A DNA stretch of 64,000 nt from Thermoplasmata archaeon. GTDB lineage: Archaea; Thermoplasmatota; Thermoplasmata; Lutacidiplasmatales; UBA184. The position numbers were made by a program, and so were the translations under genes. Where the stretch lies: the NCBI GenBank assembly GCA_049585415.1, contig JBAUZT010000005.1:3480-67479 (forward strand). Direction: 5' to 3'. Positions 36,442-44,139 of the stretch are shown in pieces. The first letter of the stretch is position 1. Each line of letters opens with the position of its first letter. The notes below the pieces were generated by a model. It was not told the DNA's origin. It saw only the letters and a list, made by a program, of their open reading frames with translations, and ran no database searches.

Positions 36442-39400
36442 GTGGGATCGCCGGATTTGATCGCCCCCGAAGGGACGCGGGCCGGTGCTGCGAGCGGACC
36501 CGTTCCGCATCGCACGCGTCGACGTCCGCGCTCGAATCGGCGAACCGTCGCGGTGCTGGCGGTCATAGCGTTGGTGTTCGGTGGGATGGTTCTCAACTTC
36601 GGCGTCACAGCCCCGGCGCTGACCCGGCCACAGGGTCCTGAGAACACCCCGCTCCTGGGATGCGGTTCGGCTTCGATCGGTTGTGACAATGCCGATTCAG
36701 CGACCGTTGCCTCCGCGATAACCCCCGACCTCACGGTGACCTCCAGCAACACGACCAACTTTGCCGGGTCTCCCACGCCTTTCCAGGCAGCCCTTCCGTT
36801 CGGGTTCACGGCTACGGGTTACACATGGTGGTGGGGAGATGGAAGTGTCAGCACCACCTCGACGGGAACCACATCGCACACGTACTCCTCGGCCGGAGTA
36901 TACCTGGTGTATGCCCAGGCGACCGACTCCTCTGGCCTACTGCACGACAACCTTCGGGCGATCCTCCGTCACGTCGAAGTCTCTTCGGCGACCGGGGACG
37001 CTCTCGGAAACTACCCGGAAGTCGCCGGAGCGATCGTTGCGAACAGCTCTACGAACGTGAATGCGACAGCGACCATTCCAGCCGGAGGCGCGGTAACCGT
37101 AGAGAACTGGATCGCCTCGGGGCCGTCCAACCCGGACTGGTCGCTGGGAACGCCGGACTACTTTCTCTCGGCCAACGCCGGCCCATATGCTACCCCCTCT
37201 TCCTCCATCCTGAACTCTAGCGGAATCGATGGAGTTACGGTCTCCTTCTCTCCGACCACTCCCAACGGGAGCTACGCCCTGTCGTTCTCTGCTCCCAGTC
37301 TCGGCAAGGTGAACGGGACCAGCGCAACGGTTTGGGCGAACTTCACGTTCACGGTCTTCGTCTCGTCCGGGGCGGTGACCCCCCTCCCATCCATCCCCAC
37401 TTCCCCTCACCCGGGTTCGTTGGCGGTGTATTACCAGTCGACTTTCAGCACGTGGGATTCGCAACTGGTCTACGACTCCATCGATGGGGGAATACTACAG
37501 AACGTTGTACAGAGCCTGCTCTTCCGAAACGTTTCTCACGACGGCTCAAGCCCGCAAGACCTCGTCCCGGATCTCGCGACGTGCGTACCCGGCTCCGTTC
37601 AGTGCTTCGACCTCTATGGGAACTACTTGGAAGACGCTCAGGGAGACTATACGTTCGTACTGAACCCCAACGCGACCTTCTACAATCCGACGACCGGAGG
37701 TCACGAGACGGTGTACCCCAACGACGTAGCGTTCTCGATCACTCGGGACTGCCTCCTTTCGAATTTTCTTACGGGAACCCAGGTCTTCAGCGCAGGGTAC
37801 GACCTGTGCCAGTCTCTACTTCCGGGACCTTCCTCCTTGTCGAATCCATCAAACCAGAGCTGGGACGGCGGGGTTCACTATCCGTACAACAACACACCGG
37901 CGAACATCCTCTCCGCAATCGAGGTGAACAGTAGCTCCTTTTGTCCGCCTTCCAGCCCTATGCGAGACGGCATTCACGGTAACGGATGCGTCACCCTATT
38001 GACCTCTGGCTCCGGGTCCGAATGGCCGAACTTCCTCGATTTCGTTTCGACGGCATGGGGCTCGTCGGTCGTGAACTGTGACTTGGTCTCGGCGGCAGGA
38101 TACGGCTTGCCGGGATGGGAAAACGGAATGACTTGCCTCGGCGCTCCGCCGGGGTCTGCCGGTAATTTGAACGGTGTACCCCCCAACAACGCGTGGGATG
38201 CCTCGATCACGTATCTCGCGAACACGGCGTACGACTCTCCTCTTCAGTGGGCTCTCAACGGCAGCGGCCCGTACTATGTTTCCCAGGTGATTCAAGGAGG
38301 GTCTGGCCCGACAACGGTGACTCTCGAGGCGAACCCGTACTGGGGGGGCACAACCTGCGAAGGAGGTCGACTGGCCGGTTGCTTGCCACCCGGAGACTTG
38401 GGTGGCCCTCCCCCGACGTTCATTCCCAAGGTCATCATCTATGCGAATGTCTCATCGGCGGTCGGCCTCGCCGCAGTTCGCGCAGGAAGCGCCGACCTAG
38501 TGGACCTCAACGCCTCGGAGATCCCGGCCCTCGACAACGCGCTGGAGAGCGGCCAAATCCAGGCGGCCGTCGTCCCGGGGATTGGCGTCGAGCCGCTGGG
38601 GATGAACCTCAACTACTCCACCACCGAAGCCGCAATGATCCTGGGCGCTCCGTCCACGTTGCCGTCGGACCTTCTCCAGGACATCAACCTCCGTCAATTC
38701 CTGATCAACGCGTACCCTTGGCAGACAGCGGAGACCGACTCGTGCATCGTCGGCGGAATCCAGCTCTGCCTGCAGTACGCTGGAGCGTTGCCGGCCTACA
38801 TGACCGGTTTCATCCCCACGAACCTTAGTTGGCCGATGCCCAATCCAAGCTCCAACCCGAACGTCGTCGGTGGAGCCGCATGGTGGTGGGCGCTCGCGGA
38901 CTCCGACGGCATCGTGAACGCGGCCTGTTCGGCCTCCCTGCCGTGCACTTTTCCGGTGCCTTCCGAGCAAGGAAATCCGACCTTGAGCGGTCCCCTAGCG
39001 GCGTGGGCGGCGAACGTGAAGACCCTCTCGGGCGGTGCCATCGTCCCAGAGCCCGTTCTGGTGCCGTTCTATCCTACCATCTACCTGAACGATACCGCCC
39101 CGCCCGGTCAAAGTGGTTTCGCGACCCAGTCGGATGGTTGGGCCCCCGACTTCTTCGATCCGTCCAATTACCTCAATCCGTTCTACGAGCCGGACCTCTC
39201 TTGGGGCTACTCGAACTCCTTCGCACCGGGACTGCTGCAGGCGAAGTACGAGAGTGCTTGTGCGGGGCCCGCAGCGTACCCCCAGGTCACCGAGAGCTGC
39301 CAAGGCACCGCCTACCGGGAGCTGCTCAGCCTCGCGAACGCCTCCGCGACCTGTGCCCCGCCCAGCTGCACTCTGAGCAGCCGCGAGCTTCTCTACCACG

Positions 39401-40311
39401 AAGCCGACCAACTCACCTACGGTCTCAGCCTCTATCTGCCGGTCGAACAGACCGCGGACGTGATTGGCGTCGCCCCGTGGATCGAGCTCTCGTCCCTCGC
39501 GTACGATCCGCTTTCGGGCAGCTTCGGGCTCATCGGCCAACCCTTCTTCGACATTCGCTATGCTTCGGTCGTACCGCCGGTCTATCCGCTCGAGGTAGGC
39601 GCCCTCGGAGGGTTTACTCCGGTGGGCCAGGTCCTTTCCAGCCAAGGAAGTCAGATCTCGGCAAGCGTCGCAACTCCTACCATTGAGACCGGTGAGAGCC
39701 TCCTCGTTCTCGTGAGCGTGGCCGGGGGCACGGGTGTCTATTTCTATGCTTGGCAGGGACTCCCCACGGGTTGTACCTCGGTGAACACCGGGGCCCTCGT
39801 CTGTCGACCGAACGGCACCGGCTCTTTCACCGTGTCGGTAACGGTCACGGATTCGGCCGGCGATCGGGGGACGAGCCCCCCCGAGAACGTGGAGGTGGTC
39901 GAAGGTCCCACGATATCGCGCTTCACCGTCTCCCCGGCCGCCATTCAACTCGGTGAGTCCGCCGAATTCTCGCTCGCGGCTACCGGAGGCATCGGAGGAC
40001 TGCTCCTTTCGTACTCCGGATTGCCTCTCGGATGCGCTAGCGCGAATCGGTCGTCCTTGAGCTGCACACCAATGGCAGTGGGCACATTCACCGTCGTCGC
40101 GTTCGCGCGTGACTCCCTGGGCGTGGTGGCGATCGACAACACATCGCTAACGGTATCCTCTCCTGCTTCCGGCGCTATACCATCAAGCTCGAACAACCTC
40201 CTCTATCTCGCGATCGGGGTGAGCGTCGGCGGCATCGGAGGCGCCATCGGCTCGATCACGGTGGCATGGTGGCAATGGAAGCGGAAACCTCCTCCGAAGC
40301 CAGGGCCGTGA
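36442..40311 (+). CDS. Large cell-surface glycoprotein (S-layer-like) with N-terminal signal/anchor, PKD domain, He_PIG-type Ig-like repeats and C-terminal TM anchor
   Basis: PKD signature WWWGDGS…HTYSSAGVYLVYAQATDSSG; more than 30 N-x-S/T sequons; two C-terminal repeats (…GLPTGCTS…GSFTVSVTVTDSAGDRG / …GLPLGCAS…GTFTVVAFARDSLG); terminal TM helix LLYLAIGVSVGGIGGAIGSITVAWW followed by KRKPPPKPGP. GC visibly lower than flanks. Confidence 0.8.
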   Translation: MGSPDLIAPEGTRAGAASGPVPHRTRRRPRSNRRTVAVLAVIALVFGGMVLNFGVTAPALTRPQGPENTPLLGCGSASIGCDNADSATVASAITPDLTVTSSNTTNFAGSPTPFQAALPFGFTATGYTWWWGDGSVSTTSTGTTSHTYSSAGVYLVYAQATDSSGLLHDNLRAILRHVEVSSATGDALGNYPEVAGAIVANSSTNVNATATIPAGGAVTVENWIASGPSNPDWSLGTPDYFLSANAGPYATPSSSILNSSGIDGVTVSFSPTTPNGSYALSFSAPSLGKVNGTSATVWANFTFTVFVSSGAVTPLPSIPTSPHPGSLAVYYQSTFSTWDSQLVYDSIDGGILQNVVQSLLFRNVSHDGSSPQDLVPDLATCVPGSVQCFDLYGNYLEDAQGDYTFVLNPNATFYNPTTGGHETVYPNDVAFSITRDCLLSNFLTGTQVFSAGYDLCQSLLPGPSSLSNPSNQSWDGGVHYPYNNTPANILSAIEVNSSSFCPPSSPMRDGIHGNGCVTLLTSGSGSEWPNFLDFVSTAWGSSVVNCDLVSAAGYGLPGWENGMTCLGAPPGSAGNLNGVPPNNAWDASITYLANTAYDSPLQWALNGSGPYYVSQVIQGGSGPTTVTLEANPYWGGTTCEGGRLAGCLPPGDLGGPPPTFIPKVIIYANVSSAVGLAAVRAGSADLVDLNASEIPALDNALESGQIQAAVVPGIGVEPLGMNLNYSTTEAAMILGAPSTLPSDLLQDINLRQFLINAYPWQTAETDSCIVGGIQLCLQYAGALPAYMTGFIPTNLSWPMPNPSSNPNVVGGAAWWWALADSDGIVNAACSASLPCTFPVPSEQGNPTLSGPLAAWAANVKTLSGGAIVPEPVLVPFYPTIYLNDTAPPGQSGFATQSDGWAPDFFDPSNYLNPFYEPDLSWGYSNSFAPGLLQAKYESACAGPAAYPQVTESCQGTAYRELLSLANASATCAPPSCTLSSRELLYHEADQLTYGLSLYLPVEQTADVIGVAPWIELSSLAYDPLSGSFGLIGQPFFDIRYASVVPPVYPLEVGALGGFTPVGQVLSSQGSQISASVATPTIETGESLLVLVSVAGGTGVYFYAWQGLPTGCTSVNTGALVCRPNGTGSFTVSVTVTDSAGDRGTSPPENVEVVEGPTISRFTVSPAAIQLGESAEFSLAATGGIGGLLLSYSGLPLGCASANRSSLSCTPMAVGTFTVVAFARDSLGVVAIDNTSLTVSSPASGAIPSSSNNLLYLAIGVSVGGIGGAIGSITVAWWQWKRKPPPKPGP

Positions 40312-40403
40312 TAGCTCGGCGCGGAATGTTTCCCCGTGCTGCGGTTGGAACCCGCTCTGGCATCGGTCGCTCCGGTCCCACCATCTCGACACTCGATCCG
40401 CCG

Positions 40404-40428
40404 GGCGGTTCGAACCCGTCCCGGCCCA
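40404..40428 (+). repeat. Direct repeat of the 3' end of tRNA-Val (T-arm plus acceptor 3' strand; 23/25 identical to 36224–36248); putative att remnant
   Basis: GGCGGTTCGAACCCGTCCCGGCCCA versus GACGGTTCGAATCCGTCCCGGCCCA. No matching 5' acceptor strand upstream, so it is a fragment and not a second tRNA. Confidence 0.7.
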
Positions 40429-40504
40429 TCCCTCTCCCCCGCGCCCGGACCCACCCCTCGGTGACCGGGAGTTTAATCGAGAGAACACCCCTGACCCCCC
40501 CCGC

Positions 40505-40681
40505 ATGTCCGCTGCATCCGAAGCGAGAGACGAGGCAAGGAAGGCGTTCGAGGAGGCGAGGGCCGGGATCCACAGAGGGTTCCGCGAGGCGGTGACCGCC
40601 GCACGGAAGGCCCGCCAAGCGGCGCTCGCGGCCGCGCGAGCGGCACACCGCAAAGCGCTCGCGGCCGCGCGAAAACTCTAG
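40505..40681 (+). CDS. Possible tiny ORF (58 aa) encoding an Ala/Arg-rich helical peptide with an internal repeat
   Basis: MSAASEARDEARKAFEEARAGIHRGFREAVTAARKARQAALAAARAAHRKALAAARKL. The DNA contains an 18-nt direct repeat GCGCTCGCGGCCGCGCGA. Could be non-coding. Confidence 0.25.
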   Translation: MSAASEARDEARKAFEEARAGIHRGFREAVTAARKARQAALAAARAAHRKALAAARKL

Positions 40682-40739
40682 CGCCGTTCCCCGGGATCGT
40701 TCCAGAGCCTCCGGCTCCCTCAGTCGATCGGATTCGGGA

Positions 40740-40994
40740 ATGACCGGTATCCCTCCCGGGATGGTGGACGAGGTGATTGCGGTGCTCCGAGGCTCCTCGG
40801 GACCCGTACGGAGACGGCCGCTCCTCGAGGAGCTCGAGCGGCGCGGCCATCGGATCTCCCTCGCGGGCCTCAACCGCACGCTCGAGCAGTGTCGGGCGGC
40901 CGGACTGACGATGGAGGGACCCGACGGGGTGCGCCTCAACCCGACCCCAGGGGTGCGTTCCTCGGGAAATACCGGTCATCTATCATACCTATAG
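40740..40994 (+). CDS. Possible small winged-helix-like protein (84 aa)
   Basis: MTGIPPGMVDEVIAVLRGSSGPVRRRPLLEELERRGHRISLAGLNRTLEQCRAAGLTMEG… has plausible wHTH spacing; weak evidence. Confidence 0.35.
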   Translation: MTGIPPGMVDEVIAVLRGSSGPVRRRPLLEELERRGHRISLAGLNRTLEQCRAAGLTMEGPDGVRLNPTPGVRSSGNTGHLSYL

Positions 40995-41022
40995 AAGTTT
41001 GTATAGTCTAAATTGAAATTCT

Positions 41023-41029
41023 ATATATG
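41023..41029 (+). promoter_or_regulatory. TATA box (TATATAT) in a sharply AT-rich 60-nt patch, 24 nt upstream of the phoU-like ATG
   Basis: 40981–41052 is about 70% AT within a roughly 70% GC genome. Spacing fits a leaderless transcript. Confidence 0.5.
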
Positions 41030-41052
41030 TCGCTCGCGCCCTTTTTCACTCG

Positions 41053-42120
41053 ATGAGCGAAGAGAACCTCCCGGAGGAACCGGCGTCGCGCCGGGCGCCC
41101 TCCCGACCCCGCCGGGCGCGGGAACCGACCCCGTCCGATACCCCCTTGCGAGCCACGAGCGACACCCGTCCCCCCCGTCGCCTACTTCGGCGCGGGGACG
41201 ATAACGCCTCTCGGGCTGCACCACCGTTCTCGGGCGTGCTCCTGGGTCGCCCTTCGGTAGCGACCGTGACCGTCGGCCCGCGAGAATCGTCCGAACATCT
41301 GTTCCGTCGGCTCCTCGGGGCGTACCTCGGCGGCGCCCGAGAGTTCATCGTGATCGAGCGACCCGAGGTGACGATCGGCACGCGCGAGGTCGTTCGCACG
41401 TTCTGCCGCCGCACGCGACAGCCCGAGGTGGTCTTCGAGGAGGGCGGGGTGATCCGGCTCCGCGACCTCGCGTACGAGACCCCGGTCCCGCTGCCCGAGC
41501 GCCTAACGCGGATGGGGCGGATCGTGCTCGCCTTTCACCGCGAGGCGGTCGAGAGCTGGTCGGAGCTGCCCCTCGGCGAGGACGACTACTGGGAGCGACG
41601 GGACGACGAGATCGACCGCGAGGCCTGGTACGTCCAGCGGCTCGCGGCGCTGCGTCTCCAGCTCGACCCGACCGGAGTGACGCTGCTCGGTCCCTGGACG
41701 ATCGCCCGCAGCCTCGAGCGGATCGCCGACCACGCCACGGTCATCGGCGAGACGGGCCGCCGGATCGTCGAACTGCCCCGGGGCGGCGCGGCGCTCACGT
41801 CCCTCCAGCAGTTCCACCACCAGGCGATGGACCATCTCGAGGGCGTGCTCAACGCGCGGGACGACGCGGCAGCGAACGACCTCCTCGACATGGGCGAGGC
41901 GCTGCTCGTCTCGGGCCGCGCGCTCTCCGACCGGCTCCTCCCCGCGGTCGGTGGGGGCACGATGCCTCCCGCGACCGCCGCCGCCGTGACACGGATCCTC
42001 GAGTCCATCGGCCGGACGGTCGCCTACGCGCAGGATATCGCGCAGGTCGTGCTCGACCGCGCGATCCCGGTGACGTTCTCGGAGTCTCCCGCGGACGCGG
42101 ACGAGCCGATCGCCTCGTGA
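41053..42120 (+). CDS. PhoU-domain protein (phosphate uptake regulator-like, two PhoU repeats)
   Basis: PhoU-like helical repeats including LERIADHATVIGE and ILESIGRTVAYAQDIAQ. The N-terminal roughly 60 aa are low-complexity and Arg/Pro-rich. Confidence 0.6.
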   Translation: MSEENLPEEPASRRAPSRPRRAREPTPSDTPLRATSDTRPPRRLLRRGDDNASRAAPPFSGVLLGRPSVATVTVGPRESSEHLFRRLLGAYLGGAREFIVIERPEVTIGTREVVRTFCRRTRQPEVVFEEGGVIRLRDLAYETPVPLPERLTRMGRIVLAFHREAVESWSELPLGEDDYWERRDDEIDREAWYVQRLAALRLQLDPTGVTLLGPWTIARSLERIADHATVIGETGRRIVELPRGGAALTSLQQFHHQAMDHLEGVLNARDDAAANDLLDMGEALLVSGRALSDRLLPAVGGGTMPPATAAAVTRILESIGRTVAYAQDIAQVVLDRAIPVTFSESPADADEPIAS

Positions 42121-42199
42121 ACGACCGCGCACGGGGCCGGGCGAGCGGAACGGCTTAGAGCCCCGGCGGTTCGAGGGGACTTCCGCTGAACGGTCGGTC

Positions 42200-42727
42200 A
42201 TGGCCGAACCCACTCCGAGCGCGCGCGTCGTGCTCTTCCGCCACGGTCCCGCGGAGCGCCGGGACCCGGCCCGCTGGCCGGACGACGCGCTGCGACCCTT
42301 GAGCCGTAAGGGCGTCCAACAGACCCGGCGGGCCGCTCGGGGACTCGCCCGTCAGGTCGAGCACGTGACCCGGGTCGCGTCGAGCCCCGCGGTGCGCGCC
42401 CGCCGGTCGGCCGAGATCCTCGGGGAGACCCTCGAGCCCCCGGTGCGGCCGCAGCTCTGGGCCGAGCTCGACCTCGGGACGACCGCGGCGGCGATCCTGC
42501 CGCGGCTGCGGCACGAGACCGGCGCCGGCCGCACGGTCGTGCTCGTCGGGCATGACCCGACCCTTTCCGAATTCCTCGGCCTCGCCCTCGCGGCCGAGAG
42601 CGTCGCGGTCGCGCGGCTCACGAAGGCGGGCGCCGCGTGCGTCGAGTTCCCGCGGTCCGTTCGACCGGGGTCGGGACGACTGGTCTGGCTGCTCACGCGG
42701 AGGCAGCTGGCCGTCGGGAGCGACTGA
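42200..42727 (+). CDS. sixA: Histidine-phosphatase-superfamily protein (SixA-like phosphohistidine phosphatase)
   Basis: VVLFRHGPAE (RHG catalytic motif) and VLVGHDP second His motif; 175 aa. Confidence 0.75.
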   Translation: MAEPTPSARVVLFRHGPAERRDPARWPDDALRPLSRKGVQQTRRAARGLARQVEHVTRVASSPAVRARRSAEILGETLEPPVRPQLWAELDLGTTAAAILPRLRHETGAGRTVVLVGHDPTLSEFLGLALAAESVAVARLTKAGAACVEFPRSVRPGSGRLVWLLTRRQLAVGSD

Positions 42728-43448
42728 CCGGCGGTCGAGCCGACAGGAGCGCGCGGCGCGGGGGAGCCGCGTAGAGCGGCGCGACCAGGCCGCGAACGTC
42801 CTCGTGGACTTTGTCCGGCATCCGGTTCGCGTCGACGCGGTGGAATCCGTACTCGGCGCCGACCCAGGCGAACTCCTTCGAGAGGCGGTCCTGGTAGGCG
42901 AAGAAGCTCTCGAAGAGGTCGCGGGAGAGCGAGAGGTCCATCCCCGACTCCCAGTAGTCGAGCGACCCGTACTTCGCGATCGCGCGGTGGAGCAGGATCT
43001 CGGGGCGTGCCTCGAGGAAGACCACCAGGTCCGGCTTCAAGGCGAACCCGTACAGCTGGCGGGCCCAGTCCCGCGACGCCCCCCGGACGACCGCGCGCGC
43101 CATGAGCGTGTAGATGTACCGGTCGGCGAGCACCGTGCTGCCGGCGGAGAGGGCGGGAACGATCTTGTTCTCGAGCTGGTCGGCGAAATCCACGGCGTAG
43201 AGCAGCGCCATCGTGGTCGTGCCGAGGGTGTGGCCCTGCTTCGCCTGGTCGATCTCTCCGGCGACCAGGTCGGAGCGACGGAGGCCGGTGTCGACGACCG
43301 CGTGGCCCTCCACCTCGAGCCACTCACGGAGGAGCGCCACCTCGGTCGTCCGGCCGGACCCGTCCGCGCCCTCGATGACGATCAGCTTCCCCGAGAGCGA
43401 ATGCTCGGGGAGCCCGGGGAGACGGGTGCCGTACGTCCTATCCGTCAT
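42693..43448 (-). CDS. Thymidylate-kinase-family protein A (P-loop variant GSGRTT)
   Basis: IVIEGADGSGRTT (Arg in place of the usual P-loop Lys), DRY motif LADRYIYT, LID-region arginines. Overlaps the upstream paralog by 11 nt. Confidence 0.8.
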   Translation of the reverse strand: MTDRTYGTRLPGLPEHSLSGKLIVIEGADGSGRTTEVALLREWLEVEGHAVVDTGLRRSDLVAGEIDQAKQGHTLGTTTMALLYAVDFADQLENKIVPALSAGSTVLADRYIYTLMARAVVRGASRDWARQLYGFALKPDLVVFLEARPEILLHRAIAKYGSLDYWESGMDLSLSRDLFESFFAYQDRLSKEFAWVGAEYGFHRVDANRMPDKVHEDVRGLVAPLYAAPPRRALLSARPPVSRSRRPAASA

Positions 43449-44139
43449 GCATCAGCCTCTCGGCCATGGGGAAGTTCTGGAGGATCGGCCGGACGAAGCC
43501 GCGCAGTTGTGCCTGGATCGACTCGACCGACCGGCTCGAGTCGATGACCGTGAACTCGTCCGTTCGGGCCATCCGCTCGTACTCCTGCTTCAGGCGCGTC
43601 TGGAACCGCTCGTAGCTGTCGTGCAGGTCGTCCGAGAGCCCGAGGTCCATCCCGGCCTCGTAGTAGTTGATCTTGAGACGCGAGGCGATCTTCCGCTGGA
43701 GCGTCACGGAGACCGGGACGCGGAAGTAGAAGACGCAGTCCGGTCGCGGGGCGAACGAGTAGATGTTCCGGACCCAGGCGGGGTCGCACCCCCGGGCCGC
43801 GTCCCGAACGAAGGCGGTGTAGGCGTAGCGGTCGCAGACGACCACGTACCCCGCGCGGAGCGGTGGGAGGATCTTCCGCTCGAACCGGTCGGCGAAGTCG
43901 GTAGCGTGGAGGAGCGAGAACGTCGTCGGGGTGAGGAGGTTCTTCTTCTTGCCGCGGCGGATCGTCGCCGACGTGAGCTCCGACGAGTTCCATTCGGTGA
44001 AAAAGACCCGATACCCTTGGGCCTGGAGCCACTTGCCGAGGAGCGCGGCCTGGGTCGATTTTCCGCTGCCGTCGAGCCCCTCGAAGACGAAGAGGCGTCC
44101 CGGGAACCCGTGGGTCGGGCTCGGCAGTTCAGGCATCAC
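43438..44139 (-). CDS. Thymidylate-kinase-family protein B (canonical P-loop GSGKST)
   Basis: FVFEGLDGSGKSTQA, DRY motif VCDRYAYT. Overlaps the ppx 3' end by 11 nt and the downstream paralog by 11 nt. Confidence 0.8.
   Translation of the reverse strand: MMPELPSPTHGFPGRLFVFEGLDGSGKSTQAALLGKWLQAQGYRVFFTEWNSSELTSATIRRGKKKNLLTPTTFSLLHATDFADRFERKILPPLRAGYVVVCDRYAYTAFVRDAARGCDPAWVRNIYSFAPRPDCVFYFRVPVSVTLQRKIASRLKINYYEAGMDLGLSDDLHDSYERFQTRLKQEYERMARTDEFTVIDSSRSVESIQAQLRGFVRPILQNFPMAERLMHDG

Noticed and set aside
36442-40311. Assigning the central part of the surface protein to the ABC-transporter family-5 substrate-binding fold
   Set aside because: There is some resemblance in amino-acid texture, but no motif I can verify by eye and no permease or ATPase genes downstream. 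I left it as an unasserted possibility.
36249-40403. Integrase or other mobile-element genes inside the tRNA-flanked island
   Set aside because: I scanned all six frames of the flanks and the island for tyrosine-recombinase-like or SSV-type split integrase segments. None was recognisable, hence 'remnant/island' and not 'integrated element'.
40404-40428. A second tRNA-Val gene
   Set aside because: Only the T-arm and 3' acceptor strand are present. There is no complementary 5' acceptor strand or anticodon arm upstream, so it is a fragment or att-type repeat and not a gene.
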